The translations under genes were made by a program, and so were the position numbers. 64,000 nucleotides of DNA, taken from the NCBI GenBank assembly GCA_011050615.1, contig DRFJ01000050.1:64509-128508 (forward strand), given 5' to 3'. Shown in pieces: positions 30,735-40,036 of the stretch. Position 1 is the stretch's first letter; each line of letters begins with the position of its first letter. The stretch is from Bacteroidota bacterium. GTDB taxonomy: Bacteria; Bacteroidota; Bacteroidia; Bacteroidales; VadinHA17. The notes beneath the pieces are model-generated. The model did not search any database. It was not told the DNA's origin and saw only the letters and a list, made by a program, of their open reading frames with translations.

Positions 30735-30767
30735 TAGGGTTGATAAAGTTTATAAAGTATATAAAGT
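30732..30767 (+). repeat. Four degenerate 9-nt tandem repeats
   Basis: TGATAGGGT TGATAAAGT TTATAAAGT ATATAAAGT. Confidence 0.7.
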
Positions 30768-30785
30768 TTTTTTAGTTTTTAGGAG

Positions 30786-31886
30786 ATGAGACATATGTAC
30801 CTTGTATATTCAGTATTGATTATTCTTGCCTTTGCCTGTAAGGATTCTGCCAGGGAGTCAGCTAACGGAAGACAGGCAGAAGAAAAACAGGCGAGAGTGC
30901 TGGCAGCAAACCTTGTGAATATTGAAGAGCCGGCTGACGGAGCACGATACAGCTCGGGGGATGAAATAAATCTGAAGCTGAGCCTGCGGGGAACTAATAC
31001 TCCCGACTCGGTGAGAGTGTTTTTTGATGGTGCTCAACTGGTAACACTGCCTGACGGGGTTCTCGAATATTCCATTGACACGAGGTTATCGAGGCTGGGT
31101 AAAATTCCTCTTAAGATAATGGCCTATGAAGGAGACAGGAGGCCACAGACACTAACCCATTTTACAACAATCATTTCCGACATTGAACCTGAACTTTTTT
31201 CCTACAGGGTGGTGAATAGCTACCCGCATGACAAAACAGCCTATACCCAGGGTTTGCTGTATCATGATGGCTACTTCTTTGAAAGCACGGGAGTGGAAGG
31301 CAAATCAACATTAAGAAAAGTGGAAACTGAAACGGGAAATGTTCTTCAATTACATAATCTTGAAAGTAAATTCTTTGCAGAAGGGCTGGTCCTTCATGAA
31401 GGCTACCTTTATCAACTGACATGGAAGAATAACCTTGGTTTTGTATATGATATTCAGAACTTTGAAGAGATTAAAAGAGTTCATTATACCACACAGGGCT
31501 GGGGTCTTGCCAGTAATGGTGAGGAGCTGATAATGAGTGACGGCACAAATAAACTTTATTTTCTTGAGCCTGATTATTTCACGGTTTTATCATCAATAGA
31601 GGTATATGACAATAAAAACCATGTATGGAATCTGAATGAGCTTGAATATATCAACGGCGAGATTTGGGCAAATATATATACAACTGATCGAATTGCACGC
31701 ATAGATCCTGGCACGGGCAAGGTGCTGGCATATATAGATCTCTCCGGTTTATTGCCTGAAAAGGATTATCATCCTGACCTGGCTGAACTGAACGGCATAG
31801 CATGGGATGGAGGGAATGAGCGCTTATTTGTTACCGGTAAAAACTGGCCCCGGCTTTTCGAGATTAAAATTGTCAGTCGCCGGTGA
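30786..31886 (+). CDS. Glutaminyl-peptide cyclotransferase (type I, beta-propeller), lipoprotein
   Basis: Lipobox AFAC; YTQGL, FAEG, QLTW, GWGL, SDGT, LNELE, LNGIA, TGKNW. Confidence 0.92.
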   Translation: MRHMYLVYSVLIILAFACKDSARESANGRQAEEKQARVLAANLVNIEEPADGARYSSGDEINLKLSLRGTNTPDSVRVFFDGAQLVTLPDGVLEYSIDTRLSRLGKIPLKIMAYEGDRRPQTLTHFTTIISDIEPELFSYRVVNSYPHDKTAYTQGLLYHDGYFFESTGVEGKSTLRKVETETGNVLQLHNLESKFFAEGLVLHEGYLYQLTWKNNLGFVYDIQNFEEIKRVHYTTQGWGLASNGEELIMSDGTNKLYFLEPDYFTVLSSIEVYDNKNHVWNLNELEYINGEIWANIYTTDRIARIDPGTGKVLAYIDLSGLLPEKDYHPDLAELNGIAWDGGNERLFVTGKNWPRLFEIKIVSRR

Positions 31887-32823
31887 TGCCCTGTACAATA
31901 TTTATTGACCTGGGAAGTATATTAAATTCAATGGGTGAATGACCGAGGGATTCCCCATCGGCTTCAACATGTATCAGTGGATCTGAATCAATCTTTATTC
32001 TCGACCCCGTATAACCCTCTACCTTTGGATGATCGAGTATTGTACCGTTATAGAGTCTTTTCAGGCTGCGTATGATTTCACCCTTGCGCATTCTCTTTAT
32101 CAGGGTAAGCTCAAACAGTCCGTCATCTGCAACAGCTCCGGGTGTTTGCATCATGCCTCCTCCGGAGTATTTGCCTATACCCAGGCTTATTGAAAAGGTG
32201 TCGTTCTGAATTTTTTTACCGTCTATCTCAATACTGGTACTGGTATGTTTGTATGAAAGCAGGCTCCTTAACAATACCCAGAAATAGAGTGTTTTGCTGC
32301 TGTGGCCCCTTTCTTTTTGCCGGTTCGACCTCTGTACTACCAGGGCATCAAATCCAAGGCCGGCAATGTTAACAAAATACCTTTCCCTGACATCCGTACC
32401 CGAGTAAAATTTTATTACCCCTGTATCCTGGAGAAATATATCTTCATTTTTTATTACCCTGATAGCCGCTTCATAATCCATGGGTATGTCAAACATCCTT
32501 CCCCAGTCATTTCCAGTACCTACCGTAACCATTCCCAGTATTATATCCGTTGTTGGCACCTCCTTCTGGCGGAAAGCACCGTTTACAACTTCATTCATGG
32601 TACCGTCGCCTCCGACAACAAGTATCTTCCTGCATCCTTTCCTGATAGCATCAGCGGCAAGATCCATTGCATGGTGCTTGGCCTCTGTGAAGATATAACT
32701 GAAGGGAATGTCATAACGATTTAAAAGATATGATATGATACTCCAATCCTTGTATCCTTTCTTCTTCCCTGCATTCGGATTGACTATTATATGCCATTCC
32801 CTTTTTATCTTTGCTCTGCCCAT
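31873..32823 (-). CDS. Diacylglycerol kinase-family lipid kinase
   Basis: IVNPNAG, VGGDGTMNEV, GTGND, GLGFDA, ADGE. Confidence 0.93.
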   Translation of the reverse strand: MGRAKIKREWHIIVNPNAGKKKGYKDWSIISYLLNRYDIPFSYIFTEAKHHAMDLAADAIRKGCRKILVVGGDGTMNEVVNGAFRQKEVPTTDIILGMVTVGTGNDWGRMFDIPMDYEAAIRVIKNEDIFLQDTGVIKFYSGTDVRERYFVNIAGLGFDALVVQRSNRQKERGHSSKTLYFWVLLRSLLSYKHTSTSIEIDGKKIQNDTFSISLGIGKYSGGGMMQTPGAVADDGLFELTLIKRMRKGEIIRSLKRLYNGTILDHPKVEGYTGSRIKIDSDPLIHVEADGESLGHSPIEFNILPRSINIVQGITGD

Positions 32824-33032
32824 AATAATTAGATTGGGGAGCTGTAAAGATGCTAAAAAAATATCTATTCGAAAATGTTAACCTGATTTAACCACAAAAA
32901 CATGTTAATAAAGTGTTGAAAACCGTAACCGAAATGTTTACAATTACATCGTTGATCAAGGATTTACGGGAATCAGAAATATTATTTTTGAGACTCCCAA
33001 AAAGACATAATTAAATTAAATAAAAAAAGCAG

Positions 33033-33824
33033 ATGGCGAGGATTATTTCATTGACAAACCAGAAGGGTGGAGTAGGTAAAACAACAACGGCTATAAATCT
33101 TGCTGCCAGCCTGGCAGCACTTGACAGGAAAGTACTGGTGGTAGATTTTGATCCTCAGGCTAATGCCACTTCAGGATTTGGAATTGATAACCGTAAGATT
33201 GAAACAACAATTTATGACTGTATCATCAATGATGCGCACCCGGAAAGTGCAATTACAGCTACCGAAATTGATAATCTTGAAATTATTCCTTCAAATATTG
33301 ACCTTGTTGGCGCAGAAATAGAGATGCTGAATACTGAAAAGAGAGAGAGTATTCTGAAGAATGTTTTGAAAGCCATACCTGACAGGTATGATTATATGCT
33401 CGTTGATTGTTCACCCTCACTGGGATTGCTTACGGTGAATGCACTGACGGCCTCCGATTCAGTTATCGTGCCTGTTCAGTGTGAATATTTTGCACTTGAA
33501 GGGCTTGGCAAATTGCTTAATACCATTAAAATAATACAGAAAAACCTTAACAGGGAACTTGTAATCGAAGGATTCCTGCTTACAATGTATGATTCAAGGC
33601 TGAGGCTCTCAAACCAGGTTGTCGAAGAGGTAAGAAAGCATTTCCAGCAAATGGTCTTTGACACAATAATACAACGTAATGTGAAACTCAGTGAGGCTCC
33701 CAGCTATGGACAGCCAGCTATTTTATATGATGCTGAATCAAGGGGTGCGGTCAATTACCTTAACCTTGCCCAGGAATTAATCGACAAGGGTGAAAACGGT
33801 ACAGGGAGAAATACTGATATCTAG
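33033..33824 (+). CDS. parA: Chromosome partitioning ATPase ParA/Soj
   Basis: NQKGGVGKTT, DPQAN, DCSPSLG, QCEYFALEG. Confidence 0.96.
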   Translation: MARIISLTNQKGGVGKTTTAINLAASLAALDRKVLVVDFDPQANATSGFGIDNRKIETTIYDCIINDAHPESAITATEIDNLEIIPSNIDLVGAEIEMLNTEKRESILKNVLKAIPDRYDYMLVDCSPSLGLLTVNALTASDSVIVPVQCEYFALEGLGKLLNTIKIIQKNLNRELVIEGFLLTMYDSRLRLSNQVVEEVRKHFQQMVFDTIIQRNVKLSEAPSYGQPAILYDAESRGAVNYLNLAQELIDKGENGTGRNTDI

Positions 33825-33850
33825 CAGATGATATTAATACAGATAGTGTT

Positions 33851-34732
33851 ATGGTAAAGAAACAAGCATTGGGAAGAGGACTTGGTGCATTAATAGACGA
33901 TGCTGAGAGGGAGAAACTGGAGGAGAAAGTTGAAGCGAACCTCGAAATCAATATTGATGATATTGGGCTCAACCCTTTTCAGCCACGAACAAGGTTTGAT
34001 GAACAGTTACTTGAAGAGCTGGCTTCTTCAATCCGTAAACTGGGAATTGTACAGCCTCTTACGGTCAGGGAAAAGGGAGATAACAAATACCAGCTTATTG
34101 CCGGTGAACGACGATTAAAAGCAGCACGCCTGGCAGGACTCAAAAGAGTGCCTGCCTATATTCGTACCGCTGATGACCAGGCAATGCTGGAACTGGCCCT
34201 GGTTGAAAATATTCAGAGAGAAGATCTCGATGCAATTGAAATAGCCATAAGTTATCAGAGACTTATAGAGGAATGTAAGCTTACACAGGAAAAACTGAGC
34301 GAAAGAGTGGGAAAACAAAGATCAACGGTTACCAACTACCTTCGATTGCTTAAACTGCCCGCAGAAATACAACTGGGGATAAAAAATAAACAGCTTACAA
34401 TGGGCCATGCACGCACCCTGGTTAATATTGAAGATGCCAAGCAGCAAATAAAAGTATACTACAGGATAATCGATGATGGCCTTTCGGTTCGTAAAACTGA
34501 AGAACTGGTTCGTAAGCTCCAGATGACAAAGTTGAAAGACCCTGAAAAAAACCAGAAGAAAAAACAACTTAACAATGATTTCCAGGACCTGTCCGGGCAC
34601 CTTTCCGAAATATTCAAGTCTGATGTCCAGTTCAGAATAAATGAAAAGGGGAAAGGTAAGATTGTTATACAATTTGATAATACCGAACAAATGGAGAGGA
34701 TTTTAGAGGTATTGGATAAACTTAACTCCTAA
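33851..34732 (+). CDS. parB: Chromosome partitioning protein ParB/Spo0J
   Basis: LGRGLGAL, NPFQPR, AGERR, ENIQREDL. Confidence 0.96.
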   Translation: MVKKQALGRGLGALIDDAEREKLEEKVEANLEINIDDIGLNPFQPRTRFDEQLLEELASSIRKLGIVQPLTVREKGDNKYQLIAGERRLKAARLAGLKRVPAYIRTADDQAMLELALVENIQREDLDAIEIAISYQRLIEECKLTQEKLSERVGKQRSTVTNYLRLLKLPAEIQLGIKNKQLTMGHARTLVNIEDAKQQIKVYYRIIDDGLSVRKTEELVRKLQMTKLKDPEKNQKKKQLNNDFQDLSGHLSEIFKSDVQFRINEKGKGKIVIQFDNTEQMERILEVLDKLNS

Positions 34733-34810
34733 AATATATATCTTTGCCTTATTGTCATAAGCGTGAGTTAATCCATGCCCCGGTTTAAATAAGAGTGACA
34801 ACAAAAGGTA

Positions 34811-35464
34811 TTGATATTGAAAATAGTTAAACTGAGCATATTACTCATTATACTGGCAATAAATGCCTGTGCCCAGGTCATTATAGAAGAAAGAGATACA
34901 ACATCCCTGGACCGGGAACAGACAGAGCAGCTTACTTTTTCCCGGAGAGAAATATCACCCGTGAAAGCCACTATGATGGCAGCTGCCTTACCCGGACTGG
35001 GTCAGGTGTATAACAGGAAATACTGGAAAATACCTCTCGTATATGCGGGTTTTGGTGCCCTGGGATACAGCATAATACGAAATTCACAAAATTTTGACGG
35101 TTATCTCGGTGCCTACCAGGACATAACGGATAACGTTCCTGAAACCAGGAGTTATGAGAAATATACTCCTTCGTTTGATTCCGGGGAAATAGATCCCGCA
35201 CTGGGGGCTGATAACTATAACCCTCAGACTCACAGCTGGGTAAAAGACCAGATGCTTAATGCTATATCGTATTACAGGAGATACCGTGATTTATCTTATA
35301 TTGGTGTCGGTTTCTGGTATATTTTATCAATACTGGATGCAAATGTTGATGCTCTTATGGCAGACTATGATATCAGCCCTGAATTGAGCCTCAGTGTTGA
35401 TCCTGTACCTATCGGTACAGTTTATGGCCCGACAATGGGCCTGGGGATAAAAGTAACATTTTAA
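34811..35464 (+). CDS. DUF5683 protein
   Basis: ALPGLGQVYNRKYWKIPLVY, YRRYRD, ILDANVDA; usual position after parB. Confidence 0.85.
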   Translation: MILKIVKLSILLIILAINACAQVIIEERDTTSLDREQTEQLTFSRREISPVKATMMAAALPGLGQVYNRKYWKIPLVYAGFGALGYSIIRNSQNFDGYLGAYQDITDNVPETRSYEKYTPSFDSGEIDPALGADNYNPQTHSWVKDQMLNAISYYRRYRDLSYIGVGFWYILSILDANVDALMADYDISPELSLSVDPVPIGTVYGPTMGLGIKVTF

Positions 35465-35474
35465 TGATAAAGCC

Positions 35475-36998
35475 ATGCGAAGAATAGTGATTTTAATAGC
35501 AGGAATAATATTTGTTAATGTCCCGGTCTCGGCAGTGAATGATACAATAATTACCGGATCAGACAGTGAATTTATTGAAAGAAAACTCGATAGCCTGACC
35601 CATATATGGTTTCTTGAAAGAATGGTCCCCGGAGAAGACAACTTTGCAGAAGACGCTCTGCCTGTAGTTGAATTTCCGGATTCTGTCTACAGGGAACGCC
35701 TGCATAATATTCATTCGGTGGTGAACCTTCCCTATAACAGTGTTGTGAAAAATCATATTCATGTTTACACGGGGAAGAAGAGAAGTAATTTTGAAATTAT
35801 GCTTGGGATGAGGGAATACTATTTTCCCATGATAGAGGATATTTTTGATTCTTATGGCCTGCCGGCCGAATTAAAGTATATGGCTGTCATAGAATCTGCT
35901 CTTAATCCCAATGCTGTCTCAAGGGTCGGTGCAACCGGCTTATGGCAATTCATGTACAGCACAGGCAGAGCCTACGGTCTGACAATTAATTCAGTGGTGG
36001 ATGAAAGAAGGGATCCCATAAAATCAACTCATGCAGCAGCCAGATATATCAAAGACCTATATAATATTTACAATGACTGGGGCCTGGTAATTGCTGCTTA
36101 CAACTGTGGCCCGGGAAATGTGAATAAGGCAATAAGAAGATCAGGTAACAAAAAAGATTACTGGGAGATTTATTACAGGCTTCCAAGAGAGACAAGAGGC
36201 TACCTGCCCGGTTATATTGCCGCTACCTATGCAATGCATTATTACAGGGAACATAATATTATACCCCGGAAGGTAAATTTTTCACTTGCAACAGATACAA
36301 TAATGGTTACCAGGGATATACACCTGGAACAAATGTCAGAAGTAATGAACATTCCCCTGGCAGAGTTAAAGGCGCTCAACCCACAGTACAGGACACTGAT
36401 AGTGCCAGGCAGAAGTAAGGCTATGGCAATAAACCTGCCTATAAAATACATGGGCGACTTTATCTCTCTCCAGGATTCTGTAGCAGCATACCGGGCCGAT
36501 CATTATTTTAAGCCGGAACTAAAAAATGCCAGCCCTACACAATCAACATATATACCACCCAGCATTAATGGTAAGACAAAACTGACATATACCGTTAAGG
36601 AAGGTGATAACCTTGGTTATATTGCAAGCTGGTATAATGTAGGAGTATCTGACCTGAGATACTGGAATAATATTTACCGTAATCTTATTCGTATTAACCA
36701 GAAACTTGCAGTATATGTGAACCCTTCTGAAAAAGAATATTATTCTGTCGTTGATGGTCTAAGCTTTGCCGAAAAGCAGGCAAGGATTGGAAAACCTGTC
36801 ATTGTTCAAAAAATTACTGATGAGGAAACTGCTGATAATGATTATGTTTATCATACGGTGAGATATGGGGACACGGTCTGGGATATAGCAAAAAAATATT
36901 CGGGAGTCAGTGCCACCGATATCCTCAACCTTAATGGACTGAGCCAGTCGGGGAAAATTCATGCAGGGCAAAAACTGAAAATTAAGAAGAAAAGCTAA
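35475..36998 (+). CDS. mltD: Lytic murein transglycosylase D-like (SLT plus two LysM)
   Basis: IESALNP, GATGLWQFM, AAYNCG, ETRGY; two LysM repeats (YTVKEGDNL, HTVRYGDTVWDIA). Confidence 0.92.
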   Translation: MRRIVILIAGIIFVNVPVSAVNDTIITGSDSEFIERKLDSLTHIWFLERMVPGEDNFAEDALPVVEFPDSVYRERLHNIHSVVNLPYNSVVKNHIHVYTGKKRSNFEIMLGMREYYFPMIEDIFDSYGLPAELKYMAVIESALNPNAVSRVGATGLWQFMYSTGRAYGLTINSVVDERRDPIKSTHAAARYIKDLYNIYNDWGLVIAAYNCGPGNVNKAIRRSGNKKDYWEIYYRLPRETRGYLPGYIAATYAMHYYREHNIIPRKVNFSLATDTIMVTRDIHLEQMSEVMNIPLAELKALNPQYRTLIVPGRSKAMAINLPIKYMGDFISLQDSVAAYRADHYFKPELKNASPTQSTYIPPSINGKTKLTYTVKEGDNLGYIASWYNVGVSDLRYWNNIYRNLIRINQKLAVYVNPSEKEYYSVVDGLSFAEKQARIGKPVIVQKITDEETADNDYVYHTVRYGDTVWDIAKKYSGVSATDILNLNGLSQSGKIHAGQKLKIKKKS

Positions 36999-37030
36999 CA
37001 GATCTTTTATGAGCTCATAATACCCAGGCT

Positions 37031-40030
37031 ATGCGTCCATACAAGACCTTTCTTATTTTCCTGGTCTTAATGCTTCTCCTTTACGGGCCGGCATTTTTTC
37101 TCAGGGGCCCGCTTAAAATAGCACCCGGCATGTCTGTCAGGTGGCCGGATATCAATTTGGCTTATATGAGCAGTGATAAGCCGGGGGAAGAAAGCCTGAA
37201 TACAATTTCACCTATCGATACATTAACCGGCAGCTCTGCTGCTGCAGATACTCTCACCCCGGGTTTAAAAACTGCTGAAAGCTATCTTTATGATTTCTCT
37301 GATTACCAGCAGCTAACGCATTCATTAAACAGTTTGGTAAGTAATGATACCGGGCAGCTGAGATTGATGTATTATGGTGATTCTCAGCTTGAAGGAGACA
37401 GGATTACCTGCCGCTTGCGTGAAGAATTAAGGAAGATAAATCCGGGGAGCGGACCGGGCTTGCTGAGTATAAGCCCGCTTGTGTCCTACACAAGAACATC
37501 CCATGTCAGGTCGTCAGGTAACTGGGATGACTATGATTATCTTGATTACCGGGACGGACTGATAAGCCATCAGAAACTGGGACCAATGATGAGTATCAGC
37601 AGGTTTACTAAACCGGGCAGGAGGGGAGAAACACCTGAAATAGCATGGTTCAGTGTTGAACCTTCGATATTCTCAGATAGCTTATCAGCTAAATATGATT
37701 TGTTCAGGCTGTTCTATGGCAACCTGAAAGATACCATGAAGATTGAAGTCTATACAGGTGAGTATTTAATCAGCAGGGATACCCTGATACCCTCGGACAG
37801 CGAAAGTGAATATTCAGTTCCCCTGGGATCATCTTCTTACATAAGGGTCGTTTTTGAAAGTAAGTCCAGTCCTGACTTTTACGGATTCAGTATTGAGGGT
37901 AAACAGGGTGCAGTGGTTGATAATATACCAAGAAGAGGAAGTGCTGGCTTTGAATATACAATGGTTTCAGAGGATAATCTTGCAAGCCTTTATGGAATGA
38001 TAAAACCGGATATCCTGGTAATGCATTACGGTCTTAATGTGGTTTTGAATGTGAGATCGAGCTATAAGTATTATGAAGAAGGCATATACCGGCAGTTGCT
38101 CAGGTTAAAGGAGTTGTGCCCGGGAACAGTTGTTATACTTGTCGGACTTACCGATATGGCCCATAAGGTTGACGGAGAGTTTCAATCATATGAAAATATT
38201 CCCCGGATAAGGGATGCACAAAAAAAAGCGGCTGAAAGGGCAGGGGTATTATTCTGGGATTCATGGCAGGCCATGGGTGGTGAAAACTCAATAATAAAAT
38301 GGAGCCGGAAAGTTCCGGCTCTGGCATCCGATGATTTCACTCATCTTACATATGCAGGTGGTGATGCCCTGGCCGATTTAATTCTCAGGGATATTATTAC
38401 GGTTGAAACACCGCAAAAAAAGGAAATTGCCCAAAGGGTAATGATTTCCCCGTCTCTATATGCTGATACCACAGCTGAAAAATCAGACGATGAAAAAAAT
38501 CTCCGGGCTGCTGCCGGACGGATGTTTCTTGACATGATTTCATACGACCAGGGCAAACCCCTGCTGTTCTCAAGAGCCTCATTCTGGATCTTCCTGTTCA
38601 TAGCCCTGATGTTTTACAGCCTCTTATTTACTAAACCCTTGCTCAGAAACACCTATCTCTTCCTGTTCAGCCTGTTTTTCTATTACAAGTCGGGAGGGGT
38701 TTTCTTCTTCCTGCTGATAATATCCACGCTGACAGATTATTTCGCGGGACTTATGATATACAGGGCAAGAAGAAAAACAGTGAAGAGACTTTTCGTTTTT
38801 TTAAGCTTGCTGGTTAACCTGGGCATGCTTTCATATTTTAAATATACCGGTTTCTTTACGGGTATCTTTAATAATATCTTTAATACTGACCTGCCTGTAA
38901 TTGACTGGTTTGCTGCTCTTTCCAATTTCTACCTTGGGACGGGTTTCAATATTGACGTAATTTTGCTTCCCGTTGGAATATCTTTCTTTACCTTCCAGAC
39001 CATAAGCTATACCCTGGATGTATACAGGGGAAAAACTGAGCCTGTGAGGAATATACTTGATTTCGGTTTTTATGTTTCTTTCTTCCCTCAGCTGGTTGCC
39101 GGACCCATAGTCAGGGCATCTGAATTTGTCCCGCAGCTTTATGCACCCTTCAACCTGTCAGAAAGGGAGTGGGGTCATGCCCTCTTCCTTATAGTGGGGG
39201 GTCTGATAAAAAAGGTGGTAGTATCTGATTTCATTTCTGTGAATTTTGTTGACAGGGTATTCGATACGCCTTTAATGTATTCAGGGCTGGAGAACCTTAT
39301 GGCTGTTTATGGTTACGGCCTGCAGATTTATTGTGACTTTTCCGGATATACTGACATTGCCATCGGTATAGCATTAATGCTCGGATACAGGTTACCGGTC
39401 AACTTTAATTCACCTTACAAGGCATATAATTTAACTGATTTCTGGCGAAGATGGCACATATCACTTTCGCGATGGCTCAGGGATTATTTATATATCTCCC
39501 TTGGCGGTAACAGGGAGGGCCGTTTCAGGACCCTGGTGAATTTGATGGTAACCATGTTGCTGGGAGGCTTATGGCACGGGGCTGCATGGAGGTTTGTCTT
39601 ATGGGGTGGCCTGCATGGACTGGGCATGGTGGTGAATAAGTTATGGATGAATATCTTCCCCCGCAGAAGAGGACCGGGCAGAATAAAAAGGTTTATATCT
39701 GTTTTTATCACTTTTAATTTTGTAAGCTTCTGCTGGATATTTTTCAGGGCTCCTGATATGAAGGGTGTTTTAATAATGCTCAGGCAAATATTCACAGCTT
39801 TCAGCCCGGGTAGCCTGATCAACGTTTTTACTGCCTACAGCCAGGTGATAATAATAATTGTCTGTGCTTATATTCTTCATTTTATGCCGGTAAAAGTGAA
39901 AGAATCATACAGGGGACTTTTTATCAGGCTTCCGCTTATTGCAAAGATTATTCTTGTATACCTCGTGGCCCTGGTTCTTTATAATGTGCAATCCGCAGAT
40001 ATACAGCCCTTTATCTACTTCAGGTTCTGA
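37031..40030 (+). CDS. SGNH/GDSL (PatB-like)-MBOAT O-acyltransferase (PatA/AlgI-like) fusion protein
   Basis: SGNH blocks GDS, RGSAG, YGLN, DDFTH; MBOAT motifs LPVGISFFTFQ, FFPQLVAGPI, DFSGYTD, FWRRWHISLS, GLWHG; C-terminal PFIYFRF. Confidence 0.88.
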   Translation: MRPYKTFLIFLVLMLLLYGPAFFLRGPLKIAPGMSVRWPDINLAYMSSDKPGEESLNTISPIDTLTGSSAAADTLTPGLKTAESYLYDFSDYQQLTHSLNSLVSNDTGQLRLMYYGDSQLEGDRITCRLREELRKINPGSGPGLLSISPLVSYTRTSHVRSSGNWDDYDYLDYRDGLISHQKLGPMMSISRFTKPGRRGETPEIAWFSVEPSIFSDSLSAKYDLFRLFYGNLKDTMKIEVYTGEYLISRDTLIPSDSESEYSVPLGSSSYIRVVFESKSSPDFYGFSIEGKQGAVVDNIPRRGSAGFEYTMVSEDNLASLYGMIKPDILVMHYGLNVVLNVRSSYKYYEEGIYRQLLRLKELCPGTVVILVGLTDMAHKVDGEFQSYENIPRIRDAQKKAAERAGVLFWDSWQAMGGENSIIKWSRKVPALASDDFTHLTYAGGDALADLILRDIITVETPQKKEIAQRVMISPSLYADTTAEKSDDEKNLRAAAGRMFLDMISYDQGKPLLFSRASFWIFLFIALMFYSLLFTKPLLRNTYLFLFSLFFYYKSGGVFFFLLIISTLTDYFAGLMIYRARRKTVKRLFVFLSLLVNLGMLSYFKYTGFFTGIFNNIFNTDLPVIDWFAALSNFYLGTGFNIDVILLPVGISFFTFQTISYTLDVYRGKTEPVRNILDFGFYVSFFPQLVAGPIVRASEFVPQLYAPFNLSEREWGHALFLIVGGLIKKVVVSDFISVNFVDRVFDTPLMYSGLENLMAVYGYGLQIYCDFSGYTDIAIGIALMLGYRLPVNFNSPYKAYNLTDFWRRWHISLSRWLRDYLYISLGGNREGRFRTLVNLMVTMLLGGLWHGAAWRFVLWGGLHGLGMVVNKLWMNIFPRRRGPGRIKRFISVFITFNFVSFCWIFFRAPDMKGVLIMLRQIFTAFSPGSLINVFTAYSQVIIIIVCAYILHFMPVKVKESYRGLFIRLPLIAKIILVYLVALVLYNVQSADIQPFIYFRF

Positions 40031-40036
40031 TTAATA

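Noticed and set aside
32824-33032. oriC or DnaA boxes upstream of parA (TGTTAATAA, TGTTGAAAA)
   Set aside because: Only degenerate matches in a 200-nt divergent promoter region; no perfect boxes, and no dnaA or gidA nearby. GC skew would be needed.
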